64,000 bases of DNA, taken from positions 992,001 to 1,056,000 of the forward strand of contig JAWMAR010000006.1 of the NCBI GenBank assembly GCA_036785375.1, given 5' to 3'. This DNA comes from Leucoraja ocellata (taxonomy: Eukaryota). Of the stretch, positions 12,502 through 25,054 are shown piece by piece. Every line of letters begins with the position of its first letter. Position 1 is the first letter of the stretch. A program made the position numbers and the translations under genes. The notes under the pieces are model-generated. The model saw nothing but the letters and a program-made list of their open reading frames with translations. It had not been told where the DNA came from and made no database searches.

Positions 12502-12812
12502 AGGGCCTGTCCCACTATACGAGTTTTCCCAAGAGCTCTCCCGAGTTTAAAAAAAAATCTAACTAACTCGTGGTAAGTAAGTAGAATGTACGTAGCGGGT
12601 ACGTCGGAGTTCGGGACGTCTCTTATCGGCTCGTAATGCTAAAGGCAGGTACTCGGGAAACGTGGTAAGCTCGTGAAGTTTTTTCAACATGTTGAAAAAT
12701 GTCCACGAGAGCCCCGAGTACCGACGAGAGGCTATTACCGCAAATCTCCGAGTTTGAATCAGGGGAAACTCGGGAGAACTCTTGAATTACCTCGTACAGT
12801 GGGACAGGCCCT
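12502..12812. mobile_element. PIF/Harbinger-type MITE, internal type B
   Basis: Same TIR, CTCG/CGAG-rich interior, and ttttcaacatgttgaaaa palindrome. Confidence 0.85.
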
Positions 12813-13072
12813 TTAAGCATTTTATTTTTTCCTGTAGACACAAGGAGCCTTGCCTGTCCATGTCCTCCAGAGAAGCTGCCTGACCCATTGGGTTAATGCA
12901 GCACTTTGTATGTTTTTATTTTTTTCTTCTGTATCCTGTATTGCTCAGTGACAAATGGTAAAATGATTGCCAATAAAAATCACAACCAGACGGCAGTAAA
13001 ATATATAGCTGATAAACTAATTGCATTTTGATCAGCAATAAGAATTAGAATAACCTTCCCAGTAGCTCAGTT

Positions 13073-13355
13073 CCCAGGGAGGGGAATCAAGAACTAGAGG
13101 GCATAGGTTTTAAGGTGAGATGTGAAAAAATTAATGGGGTCCTGAGGGGCAGTTTTTTCACATGGAGGGTATATTGAACGACCTGTTGGAGGAAGTAGCA
13201 GAGGCAGGTACAATAACGACACTTAGAAGACATTTGGACAGGTACATGGATAGGAAAGGTATGGAGGAAATGGGTCAAATACAAGCAATGGGGCTTTCTG
13301 GTCAGCATGGACGTGTTTGGCAGAAGGACCCGCTCTTATGTTGTATAACTATGAC
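13073..13355 (+). mobile_element. CR1 LINE 3' fragment
   Basis: RTRGHRF KV...FF...LLEEVAEAGTITT.RRHLDRYMD. Confidence 0.8.
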
Positions 13356-13880
13356 CATGCAATTACTGTTAATGCAGACTCCACCCAATATTGTGTTTGA
13401 ATGTTTGCTCTGCATTTATTACAGTGCAGTCATAATTCATCTAAGTATTTCTTGTACCAATTATATCATCATTTCATTTTTTAAATTACCAGAACATAAT
13501 TAATTGAATCTGGAGCAACATTTTATCAGTTAATTCAGAGTTGATGGGTAGATTATCAAATCATCGATGTAGCTGACTAACGATCACAGATTAATAGTTA
13601 ATTAACCACCAACACATTTTGTAGCAGCCAAACACAAACCGGAAATAGTACAAGTTTACAATTATATTACTGATCTCTGCCTTCATTGAAAGTATAATTA
13701 AGTTTCCAGCAAGTACCAATGTTTCATGGACCAATGTACCTCTGGAAATTATTGAGACATGCCACGTTTGAACAGAATGTACTCCTAGCAAATTCTTCTC
13801 TTTTTTATTATTCATCTTTTCTTTAAAATGTAATCTTGCACGACTGGAATAGGAGAGAGAGCAACATGGACATATCAGGG

Positions 13881-14001
13881 TGGCATTTCTAGAACATTAG
13901 TCCCACTGGCCTGGAAGCAATCATTACTGGTCTCTCCCAAGCCAACTGTGCAGCCCAGTGAATGCCTCACCAGCTTCAGTGCCCCCTGTTCAATCCTGAC
14001 C
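13881..14001. repeat. Inverted local duplicate of 15115-15235
   Basis: 121 bp with 9 mismatches by manual alignment. Flanked by 14-bp direct repeat acatatcagggtgg. Confidence 0.92.
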
Positions 14002-14116
14002 ATCCAGAACTGCACATATCAGGGTGGAGATTAAATGGAGGAATCCAAGTTTAATGCATCCTGCACTAAACCAGAGACATTGATGCCAATGTTCCCAGTT
14101 GAAATCAACCACTTTC

Positions 14117-14422
14117 GTTTAGTTTAGAGATTCAGTACAGAAACAGGCCCTTCGGACCACCGAGTCCGTGCCAACCAGCGACCCCCACACACGAGCACTA
14201 TCCTACACACTCGGGACAATCTACTATCTTTACCAAGGCAATTAACCAACAATCCTGTACTTCTTTAGAGTGTGGGTGGAAACCGGACTACCTGGGGAAA
14301 ACCCACGCTGTCACGTGGAGAACGTACAAACTTCATATAGGCGGCACCTGTAGACAGGATTAAACCCGGATCTATGGCGCTGCAAAGGCAGCAACTCTAC
14401 CGCTGTGCCACCGTGCCGCCCC
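14117..14422 (-). mobile_element. HE1/V-SINE
   Basis: Full reverse-complement match. Confidence 0.9.
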
Positions 14423-14871
14423 TATTAACTAACACGGTGTGCGTCAGGTTTCTTCCAAATCTGCAATGTTCTCCGGCTCATCACCAAACTACCAATGAGC
14501 TCAGGGGAAAGCTTTGCCGCTGTATACTTGCATTAGTTAGAGAAGCATAGTAAACCTGTTCGTATCAGTACAGTAAAGGGGTCACCATCTCCAGCAGACT
14601 GGCCTAGAATTGTGGGCTAGATTGTAGCTCAAGAGGATTATAGGCCATACTAGTGGAGCATGTTAGGGGACATGGTGAAAACCAAGAGCCAGTGGGTCAT
14701 GCTGGTGATATGGGGCCTGGCTGAGATGTAGGTGGGGTTGGGAGGCAGGTGGCTTGGGTGATGGGGAGGTGGATTTGATTTACTGTGGTGATGAGGGCTC
14801 GCTAGGTAAGCAGGCCTTAATGGGATCTTCAGTCCAGTGCGAACACAGTTAAAATCATCGAGTGTTGGGGA

Positions 14872-15160
14872 GATGCAGCATGGAAACTGGCCCATCAAGT
14901 CCCTCAAACACCTATTTTGACCCACATCCCACCCTAATGTATTTCATTCACCACACATTCCCATCAATGTCCCTCCAGTATCTATCACTCGCTGCACACC
15001 AAGAACAACCAGTTGCCAATTACCCTACCAGTCCGCTGGTCTTTGGGAGGTAGGAGAAAATTGGAACATGCAGCCTAAGGGAGGAAGTGTGAAGTCCACA
15101 TAGACAGCACCAGAGGTCAGGATTGATCTGGGGGTACTGGAGCTGGTGAGGCAACCACTG
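14872..15160 (-). mobile_element. Old, degenerate V-SINE
   Basis: gatgcagcatggaaactggccc...ccacatagacagcaccagaggtcaggattga. Confidence 0.7.
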
Positions 15161-15329
15161 GGCTGCACAGTTGGCTTGGGAGAGACCAGTGATGGTTGCT
15201 TCCAGGCCAATGGGACTAATGTTCTAGAAATGCCATTGTTGCTGGATGTGCATCTGACACGAAAATCATCTCAGATGTGCAATCACAACTTACACCAGGA
15301 GGTGCCCTGTTGAATGTTCAGAATGGAGC

Positions 15330-15535
15330 TTATACACGTGCACACAACCATGCACACACATACAAATGCACACATATACACGCACAGAGAAACATACACA
15401 CATTCATGCATACACGCACATACACACATAAACACACATGCACTTACACACGTACATGCACAACACACATATTCATACATGCACACACACAAACGCACAC
15501 AAACATGCATACACATACGCGTGCGCACACATGCA
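15330..15535. repeat. Degenerate (CA)n-rich microsatellite
   Basis: Alternating purine-pyrimidine tract of ~200 bp. Confidence 0.9.
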
Positions 15536-15536
15536 C

Positions 15537-15806
15537 GGCTGTTCTTCGGCCCACTGAGTCCTCGGCGACCAATGATCCCCGCACATTAACAGTATCCTAC
15601 ACACACTTGGGACAATTCACATTTTTTTTTAACCGAAGTCAAGTAACCTACAAACCTGTACATCTTTGGAGTGTGGGAGGAAACCAGAGCACCAGGTCAC
15701 AGGGAGAACGTACAAACTCCATAAAACAGCACCCATAGTCAGGATCGAACCCGGGCCTCTGCCGCTGCAAGGCAGTAACTCTACCGCTGCATCACAATGC
15801 TGCCCA
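15537..15806 (-). mobile_element. HE1/V-SINE
   Basis: Reverse-complement match. Confidence 0.88.
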
Positions 15807-16321
15807 TTGCCCATTTAGTATAAAATACTTGCAGATTACATTGTAACTGGTTTGCCTCTCCTGATCTTCACTATCTGAACTATGGGAATCTCACTGAACC
15901 TTTGGGTCTGGCAGCAATGCTGAGAACAAACGGACTATGGTTGGGGAAAGTAAAGACACATCATGCCCACAAACCTGCAGTCAACCTAACAACAGCATGC
16001 GTTTGTTCCTCCGACCCTCTCTTCCCCAGTTTATCTTCACCATCAAAGGAGAATTTTAACTGCTCTCTTCCTCCACTTTAATTTCAGGACTTGATTTTCA
16101 CTGCTTAACTTTGTGCCTGCCCCACTTCCAGTAAAGTGAGGCTATTTGCTGAGTCAATTTGTGCCTTCAATTGTTCCAGCAGACAAGGAACATAGAAAGC
16201 ACCAGAATCAAACAGTGCACCAACTTCTAAACAGAATCAAGACTGTATCAGCCAACGGTTCCATGCTTTTTCGAGAAAGTATGCAATTAAAAAGCCAATT
16301 GTAATCCTTCCCCAGGCTTAA

Positions 16322-16638
16322 ACCCCTGTCCCATGGTACGAGTTCATTCCAAGAGTTCTCCCGAGTTTGCCCCGATTCGAACTCGGAGATTTACGGTAAT
16401 GGCCGCTCGTAGGTACTCGGGGCTCTCGTGGACATTTTTCAACATGTTGAAAAATCTTCACGAGTGTTCCCGAGCTTACCGTGTTTCCCGAGTACCTGCC
16501 GTTAGCATTACGAGCCGCTAAGAGACGTCCCTGAGCTCCGACGTACCTGCTACTTACATTCCACGTGCTTCCACGAGTTTGATTTTTTTTTAAACTCAGG
16601 AGAGCTCTTGGGTAAACTCATGGAGTGGGTCAGAGCTT
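16322..16638. mobile_element. PIF/Harbinger-type MITE, type B (opposite orientation)
   Basis: Reverse-complement match to 12502-12812 with degenerate TIRs. Confidence 0.85.
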
Positions 16639-16746
16639 TTTCTCCAGCACTTTTTGTCGATCATTTGTATTTTTCTATGTTATATACTCAGTGCTTTTTG
16701 TAGACAAAACGGAACCTATATGCAAATTGACCCTTGCTGTTGATAT

Positions 16747-17084
16747 TTAGTTTAGTCTCAAGATGCAGCATAGAAACAGCTCCTTCGACCCACTGAGGCC
16801 ACGCCGACCATTGATCACCCGTTCACACTAGTTCTGTGTTATCCCATTTTCTCATCCACTACCTACACACTGAGGTAAATTTTACAGAGACCGATTATCC
16901 CACAAACACGCACGTCTTTGGGATGCGGGAGGAAACCGGAGCAGGCGGAGGAAACCGGAGCAGGCGGAGGAAACCCGTGTGGTCACAGGAAGAACGTGCA
17001 AACTCCACACAGACAGCACTCAAAGTCAGGATCAAATCCGGGTCTCTGGTGTTGTGAGATGGCAGATCTATCAGCTGTGCCACT
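16747..17084 (-). mobile_element. HE1/V-SINE with internal 19-bp tandem duplication
   Basis: ggaggaaaccggagcaggc repeated at ~16929-16975. Confidence 0.88.
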
Positions 17085-17689
17085 TTACCTATGGCGGATA
17101 ATCATCCTATATGTTGCTTAAGCTATTTAAGGACCAGACCATCAAAGTTAATTAACATATTTTAATGTTCAAACTTTAGTAGTTTTTTGTAATATCAAAA
17201 ATCTAGTGTATAACTTTTTGGATGTGTTGGCAGCTACCATCACATAAAAAGCACAGGTTCAATTGAGATGGAAGTTATTGCACTTGATCTTGGTCTATCC
17301 TTGATTTGGAAGGCTTGAAATAGAACAAGTAACCAGTGTTTCTGATAATTTCAATTGTGGCTCAGTTGCAGGAACTCTTACCTCTGGATGACTGAAATAT
17401 TAAGCATCCTAAACACCAACATTTAGATGAAGTTTCATGGAGGCACTGAGAGAATGATGTAATATCAATGGTGAGGCATTAAAGACAGACTCCATCTGCT
17501 CTCTCAGGCCAATGTTGTAGATCCTTAGACACAACCACAAAGAAGAGCAAGGTTCTTCCTAGAATCCTGTCCAATGTTTCTCCTCAAACCAACATAACCA
17601 CTGGAGTTTACCTGGTCACCATCAGGTCTGGTGCAGATTCCTAGATGTATTCCCATAATTGCACCTTTAGCTACACTTCAAAAGTTCTT

Positions 17690-17931
17690 GTGTAGGAAGG
17701 AACTGCAGATGCTGGTTTGTTAACAATGGCTTGCTTCCTTTATCATCGTTGTTTATTTTGCATATCTTTCATTCATTTGTTCTATAGCTCTCTACATCAC
17801 CATCTATATATTTAGTTTCATTTTCCCCTGACTCTCGGTCTGAAGAAAGGTCTCGACCTGAAACATCATCTATTCCTTTACTCCAGAGATGCTGTCTGAC
17901 CCACTGAGTTACTCCAGCTTTTTGTGTCTAT
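17690..17931 (+). mobile_element. Short Penelope-derived unit with 14-bp TSD
   Basis: cttcaaaagttctt at 17676-17689 and 17932-17945. Short inverted 5' piece, and hammerhead motif at 17840-17867. Confidence 0.85.
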
Positions 17932-18194
17932 CTTCAAAAGTTCTTCATTGGTTGTACTGTACTTTGAGATGTTCTAAAAATGTGATATAAATGCAACTTT
18001 TCCTTTTCAACTGTGCAAGTTATACAAGCACTGATGGTGACTTAGAAAACTTTAATTAATCTATCTCAGATGAAGACGGATTGTTTTTGATGCCCTTTCA
18101 GACCAACAAGGCTGTTGGATGCAAAGTCAAAGGCTCGCACATGAATAATTCTCACTTTGCAGATCTACCAGAAGCTGTTTTTATGACTCCATAT

Positions 18195-18582
18195 ATACCT
18201 CACGCTGCCTCGGCAAGGTTAGCAGCATAATCAAGAATGGGTCGCACCATGGCCACTTCTTCTCCTCTCTCCTGTCGGGCAAAAGGTATAGATGTGAAAA
18301 CACACACCTCCAGATTCAGGGACAGTTTATTCCCAGCTGTTATCAGGCAACTGAATACAAGACAACCAGGGAGCAGTCCTACCATCTACCTCGTTTGTGA
18401 CGCTCGGACTATCTTTGATCGGACTTTACTGGCTTCACCTTGCACCAAACGTTATTCCCTTATCATGTATCTGTACACTGCAAATGGCTAGATTGCAATC
18501 AAATATTGTCTTTCCGCTGACTGGTTAGCAAGCAACAGAAGCTTTTCACTGCACCGCCGTACACATGACAGTGAAATAAACT
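18195..18582 (+). mobile_element. Rex1/Babar-like LINE 3' fragment
   Basis: SPLS..GKRYR.VKTHTSRFRDSLFPAVIRQLN plus the same 3' UTR as 9940-10230. Confidence 0.8.
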
Positions 18583-18727
18583 GTTTAAATCAGACTTTAC
18601 GTATAAGAATGGAGGAAGAAAACAGCCGAAGAAGGAGATAGCGTATTAACTAAACACATTTTTACTCCAGAATGAATGATAAGATCGCCTCAGACCAATT
18701 CTGTGTGATCTGACCACATACTGCTGC

Positions 18728-19172
18728 ATATAGTAGTATAGTATATCGTTATTGTCATTTTCCTGAGTACTCACCTACCCAGAGGAAACAAAAAAACGTT
18801 GCTCAACCAGTGTCCATTCAGTGCGCAGTAAAAAATAAATAGAAATAAAAATATATATATCATGATCAAATTAAACACTCTACTCTCTACTAAACATCAA
18901 CAGGCGTTCCGATCGGCAGCGGCACGACAGTGGCTCTGCTGCAGTGTGTCCAGGTTGGTGGTTGGTGCGCGATACTTTGGCAGGGGGCAAAGTCCGTTTA
19001 TCAGTCTTATAGCCTGCGGGAAGAAGCTGAGGAGCATCCTGCTGGTTTTGCAGCTAATGCTCCTGTACCTCTTCCCAGATGGCAGGATGGAGAATATGTG
19101 ATGTGATGGGTGGTAGCGGTCTTTGACGATGGAGATGGCTCTGCTGAAACATCTCTTCCTGTATATTTGCTG
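18728..19172 (-). mobile_element. Rex1/Babar-like LINE 3' fragment (different family)
   Basis: RAISIVKDRYHPSHHIFSILPSGKRYRSI...SFFPQAIRLIN. Confidence 0.8.
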
Positions 19173-20873
19173 ACATGTGGCATCCACACACAAACACAAA
19201 ACACATCTGGGCCAATAGAATTTAACAATAAAACAAATGCAAAAATTCTGCTTGAGGGTCAAAGTTGACATTTTAAAAGTGATTGGGGGCTCTTTAAATG
19301 AAGGCTGTGGCCTGAGTCTACATTAAGAAACAAGCGCACGTGGTGAGTTTGTGTAGTTTACAGCATCTGAGATAGAATAAGGCACAATTATAAAGTTGCA
19401 ACAGCTCTTTGATGTGTAAACAGATACAGCTGAAGTTTTTTTTGACAGAAAATGCCTTTTAACAAAAAGAGTAATTGTTATCATAGGCACAAATGTTTTC
19501 TGTTTTGGCAAGCTCTTAAGCCAACCACATGCCAAATTAGATGGGTGGATTTTTCTCAGCCGATTTGGTAGCTGTATTGCAACTATCTTTCCTCACCTTT
19601 CCTTCTTGTTGGTAACCCGATCTCTGATTTATCTACAACGTTGACAGCTGATGATGCACTCTTGAGAGAATTACCAGTGAGCGAAGGGTAGCTTTTATCC
19701 TTTTCTCCCCCTCTCAGTCCTTACAAGAATAAAGCTCAGTTGCAATGAACGTGAATGATATTTTAACCGGCTGACTGAATAGTTTCCAATTCATCATTCC
19801 GCAGAGTGTCTCACTAAGCCTATACTAGTCCATTGTCAGTTTTTGACAACAGTCTAGAATGAGGTAACATGTTTTATAAATGGGCCGTGCTTCATTTTTT
19901 ATGTCATGAGACATTTTGAAGATATGCTTAGCGTTCAAACAAAAAGTCGTTTTAAATGGACAGAGAAAAAAAGAAAGCATCTTGTAGTATTCCCAGCATC
20001 GTGAAATGCACAATTATTCTGTGATTTCTTAGCAATACTTCGAGTTTTTATATAATCAAACCAGCAATTGAGCATTTAACAAGAAAATATCAACCTTTAA
20101 TCAGGCATTTGATAAAGTCCCACGCAGTAGGCCGATCCAGAAGATGCATGTTGACTTGATCATATGGATTCAGAACTGACTTCCTGAAAGAAGATAGAGG
20201 GATGTGGTGGAAGGTTATTGTTCTGGCTGGAGGTCGGTCACCAGTGGAGTCCCACATGGCTCTTTGCTAGAACCTCTGTTGTTGATAACGTACATACATG
20301 GCTTTGACGTAAATGTAGATGGGTTGGCTAGTAAGTTTGGAAAAAGCACAAAAATTGCTGGAGTTATGGACTGTGAGGAAGGGTGTCAAAGTGTATAGCC
20401 AGATATTGATCAACCACAGACATGGGCGGAGAATTGGCAGATGGAGTTTAATCCGAGTAGGTGTGAGGTGTTTCACTTTGGGAGGTTGAATGTAAGAGGA
20501 AGGTGTACGGTCGATGGCAAGATCCTTAAAAGCACCGACCATAATATCTCCTTGAAAGTGGCTACATCGAGTAGATAAAGTGATAAAGAAGGCGTATGTC
20601 ACCCTTGCCTTCATTGTTCAGGGCATTGAGTATTAGTTTCAGAGCGTCATGAAGCAGCTCTGTAAGATAGGTTAGACTGCACTTGGTCTATTGCATGCAG
20701 TTCTGGTCATCCCATTACAAGGAAGATGTGGGGGCTTTGGAGAGGTTGCAAAAGAGGTTGACAAGACTGCTGCCCGGTTAGGGTGGAGTAGCTACAAAGA
20801 AATGTTGGACAAACTTGGAGTGTTTATTCTGGAATGCCAGAGTTAAGAGGAGACTTTATAAAAGTATATATGA

Positions 20874-22460
20874 CTAGACTAAGTGGGACCTGTCGGGTAC
20901 CATGTTCACACGGGAGGGTTGGTCCTCCAACGCAATATTCCACATCTCCACCAATTCCAATATTGGTGGCCAGTGGGGGGTGGGGGGGGGGGGGGGGCTT
21001 TCTGGAGTGTTTGTATGGGTGTTGTGGGCTGAAGGGACTGGTTTCCAGAGGGGTAGTATGGACATTGTGGGCCAAATGGATTCTTGGGGTGGCAGCTCAG
21101 TCACTCAAGCCTGATGTGCTGGCAGCTCACTCACGGCTGATGGGCTGGCAGTTGACTCACGGCTATTCCTTGAAATTCCATTTCAAGCAGGGTGCAAGGC
21201 CACCAAATTCAAATGCAGTTTCCTACCACTTCCAGCAGGGTGCAAGGCCACAAAATTCAAGTGCAGTGTCCGACCACTTCAAGTAGGGTGCAAGGCCACT
21301 GAATTCAAGTGCAGTTTCATACCACTTCAAGCAGGGTGCAAGGCCACCAAATCCAAGTGCAGTTTCATACCACTTCAAACAAGGTACAAGTCCACCAAAC
21401 TCAAGTGCAGTTACATACAATTTCAAGCAGGGTGCAAGGCCACCAAACTCAAGTGCAGTTTCCTCCCACTTCAAGCAGGGTGCAAGGCCACCAAATTCAA
21501 ATGCAGTTTCATACCATTTCATGCAGGGTGCAAGGCCACCACATTAAAATGCATTTCAAGCAGGGTGAAAACACCATATAACCACCATAAAATCACACAA
21601 AACACCACACTCACAGTGCAGTAGACATTCAGTGTGTTCAGTTGATTCACAGCTCAGACAGAGTCGTGACCTTTCCCTCCCCCATCTTACAGAGACTGAG
21701 CCACACCCACACTTCGGGGTTTTATAATCCCTCCCCCCTCCCACCGGAAGAGGCGTGGCCTTCATGGCGTGATTGACAGGAGTGAGATTCTCAACATTTT
21801 TTAAACACTAATAACAATTTTATTTTTCATTGATGGGAAGAATCCTCTGCACCTAATGAGTGGAGGGGGACTTAGTAAGATGGTCAACAATCACAGCCGT
21901 AAGTGGTAGCATGTTATCTAAAATCAATATACAGTGCAAACCGGAAGTTGTCAAGTTTAGACTTTATCATTTGCCATTTCAAACAAACCACCACCAACCA
22001 TTTGGTGTGCTTCATTTCAAGTCAACCACCACCAACCATTTGCTGTGCTTTATTTCAAACCAACCACATTTTCATTTTCAAACCACATTAAGGGCACTCA
22101 AGGTCAGTAAAACCACACTCACAGTTTAGTAGACATGTGTTCAGTGTTACTCACAGCTCAGGCTGAGAGACGTGGCCCTCTCGTTCCCCCATCTTGCAGA
22201 GACTGACCGAGGCACTCAACACTTCCGGGTTTTATAGTCCCTCCCAATGGGGCGTGGCCTTCAGGAGAGAGAATATCAACATTTTTTAAACACTAATAGC
22301 TCTTATGTTTCATCGATGGGAACAATCCTCTTGTCCTGCACAGCGGAGGGGGACTCTGAGTAAAATAGCAAAAATCACGGCCATAAGTGGCAGCGTTTTT
22401 TCAAAAATCAATATACAGAACAACGGGAAGTGGTCAAAATCAGGCTTTTAGTAATATAGA
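20874..22460 (-). mobile_element. Non-autonomous Helitron inserted in a CR1 LINE
   Basis: On the minus strand it starts TC(TATATTACTAAAAG) and ends CTAG, between host A and T with no TSD. Imperfect hairpin gggacctgtcgggtacc lies ~11 bp from the 3' end. CR1 sequence resumes on both sides. Confidence 0.85.
21181..21567. repeat. 48-bp minisatellite (~8 copies) inside the Helitron
   Basis: Unit ttcaagcagggtgcaaggccaccaaattcaagtgcagtttcataccac repeated in tandem. Confidence 0.95.
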
Positions 22461-22596
22461 TAGATTATGAGAGGCATAGATAGGGTAGAAGGTCAGAATC
22501 TTTCTCCCAGGGTGGAAATGTTGAAAACTAGAATCCATAGCTTTAAGGTGAGAAAAGTAATGTAAAAGGACTTTGGAGTTTAGACTTAATATTTTA

Positions 22597-22843
22597 AACT
22601 TTAGAGATACAGTGCGGAAAAAGACCCTTCGGCCCATTGTGTCTGCACTGACCAGCGATCACTACACTAGGGATAATTTACAATTTTTATACTGAAGCGT
22701 CTTTGGCGTGTGGGAGGAAACCGGAGCACCCGGAGAAAACTCACACAGTTACAGGGAGAACGTACAAACTCCCTACAGACAGTACCTGTTGTCAGGTCTC
22801 TACCGCTGTATGGCTGCCATTCTCCGGCTATGCCATCGTGCCG
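22597..22843 (-). mobile_element. HE1/V-SINE (internal deletions)
   Basis: Reverse-complement match. Another partial copy at 23357-23512. Confidence 0.82.
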
Positions 22844-23809
22844 CATTGGAAAAGATTGTCAAGAAATGTAATTTGAAAGGTAAAGTCTGTCTGATATTCC
22901 TTGACGTGAGCAGATCTGTCATTTGCCACTTTGCATGGAATGGAGTTGCAGGTCCTCCTTGTCATTCACTCACAGATACAAACCGTTATTGATTTCAGTG
23001 CTTAAAACCTGATTCTTCCGTCCTTGAAAGCTGCATAATGTAATGGGCAGTTGCATCAATTTCATCTCTGAGAAATATGATCATTTTCAAATCTGCTCTG
23101 AGCCCTGGATCAATAGAACAGGTAGGCTAAATGGTAACGGCTGGCTCAATAGCTGCATTGCGTGGTCTGCACTATCCAGGGACTGCTCTTACCGACATTA
23201 ACCTAGATTGAAACGTTTTCCCATTGTCTTTAATACATTATTGAGCTAAAAAGACAAAGTTTCCTATTCATAGTCTCCCTCCCTTTACATTCCACTTCCT
23301 AAAGATTCATTTTCATGCCTTCTGTGGTAGCAGCAATGCATTAGGTACAATTAAGACTTTAGAAATACAAAGTGGAAACAGGCCCTTCAGCCCACCGGGT
23401 CCATGCCAACCAGTGATCACCCCCTACACTAGCATTATTGTACAACCACAGAAGCCAATTAACCTAAAACCTGGACGCCTTTGGAATGTGGGCGGAAACC
23501 GAAGCACCTGGAGGACCTCAACGGGTCAGGCAGCGTCTGTGGAGGGAATGGAACACTCTGAAGAAGGTCCCAAACTGTTGTCTGTCCATTCCCTCTACAG
23601 ATGCTGCCAGATAAGTTGAGTTCCGTCAATGCTTTTGTGGTCTCCAGAGTATTAAGTCACAGATAAAGAGGAGACACATTCTTATCTACCGTGTTAGATG
23701 GGAAGACAGAGTTAAGGAAAACATTTCTTAAAGCCACGAGTGTAGAAAGTTTTGTTATAAAAGCAGATACACTGGATTAAAAGGAATTGGCAGAATGAGA
23801 TGGAGTCCT

Positions 23810-24660
23810 TAAGGAAAGCAGGTGTGGTCAGGCAGCAGTGGGAATCTGCGGACTTGTAACTGTGTTTGTGACTGAGACAGAGAAGTCAAGAAAGGGAAGG
23901 ATAGCATCAGAGAGGACGATATGAAGGTGAGAGCAGGGTGTAAATTGGCAACAAAGGTAATGTATGTGCTGCCTCCATGGTAATCGGTAAACAGTCGAAG
24001 GAGGGGGGCTGAATAGAATTGAAACAAGGACTGTCTCGTGTACCTAACACAGAAACAAACATACTGTAAACTTGGGCCCGTGCAGGTTCCCATTGTACAC
24101 CTTCAACTAAGGAAAGTGAGTTTAGTTTAGTTTAGTTTAGAGATACCGAGCATGGAAACAGGCCCAATGAGTCCACACCGACCAGCGATCCCCGTACACT
24201 AGTACTATCCTACACACTAGGGACAATTTCCCATTTTTACTGAAGCCAAATTAACCAACAAACCTCTACGTCTTTGGAGAGTGGGAGGAAACCAGAGCTC
24301 CCGGGGGAAACACATGTGGTCGTACATGAACTCCGTACAGACAGCGCCTGTAGTCAGGATCGAACCCGGGTCTCTGGCACTATAAGGCAGCAACTCTACC
24401 CCTGCGCCACTGTGCTGCTCAATGAAGGCTTGAATGAAAAGTCTTGAATGAAATGTAGCTGAAGGTAAGAGGCAAGTGATAGCAAATGTTGGTAGAGTGA
24501 TCTAGTTGGATGAAGTGGCGTTCCCTCAAACGTTGCTGGCATGGAATGGGGGTGGAAGGGGGTGATGTCCAAAATGAAGATGGTCCTGCTGGGACTAAGA
24601 AATTGGAAACTGTGCAATTAAAGAGGGCATCAGATGCAAGTGAGTAGGGAATGGACAAGT
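23810..24660 (-). mobile_element. Degenerate Penelope-like RT fragment, split by a V-SINE
   Basis: MGTCTGPS...SLFQ...ANLHPALTF...PFL resembles the PLE RT pattern MGTRMGPSYA...FHPALKFT...LPFLD. Confidence 0.7.
24120..24417 (-). mobile_element. HE1/V-SINE
   Basis: Full match, inserted in the PLE RT remnant. Confidence 0.9.
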
Positions 24661-25054
24661 GGAGAAAGAACAGCGACAAGGTGCTCCAAGCAAGCTTACC
24701 TGACATTAGCACATAGTCTTCAGATCCTGTGATCCTCCTTCATTAATCAGCAAACGTCCACAAGTTCCAACACAGCCCTCAGATGTAATCGGTGTCTGTA
24801 ATATGACAGCAGATTTAGCATTAGTCTGAAATTTAACCCCATAAAAGATCAAAGTAGGACCGGCCAAATATAAGACTGAAAAGCAATAGTGTGCATGCGC
24901 TACCAACCAATAAAGATATCTACTGAAAAATAGCTCCAGTACCTGAGTATACATATCCTGTCATGGTTTTAATGTGAGTTCCAGATCAAATCAGAGCTTC
25001 TTCTCTCATGGGGTAACCAGTTTCCCACTCCTCAGCCAGACATCCGAAAATTAT

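Larger units (their letters stand above)
20095..22560 (+). mobile_element. CR1 LINE ORF2 remnant (RT), split by the Helitron
   Basis: AFDKVPR, VEGYCSGWRSVTSGVPHGSLL, WQMEFNP, YCMQFWSSHY. Confidence 0.85.

Noticed and set aside
12623-12841. Recurrent peptides in ORFs 12623, 16333 and 37494
   Set aside because: These are copies of the same non-coding MITE.
13881-15235. 1.35-kb transposon with 121-bp TIRs
   Set aside because: The direct repeat flanks only the left arm, not the whole unit, and the arm is SINE head plus local flank.
15277-15738. His/Thr-rich and Cys/Val-rich ORFs
   Set aside because: Translations of a CA microsatellite plus a SINE.
21181-21567. CRISPR-like array
   Set aside because: Head-to-tail repeats with no unique spacers, no cas genes, and a eukaryotic context.
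21223-21581. Repeat-protein ORFs (KWYETALEFGGLAPCL)n and (QFHTTSSRVQGHQIQV)n
   Set aside because: These are translations of a 48-bp minisatellite whose unit length is a multiple of 3, open on both strands.
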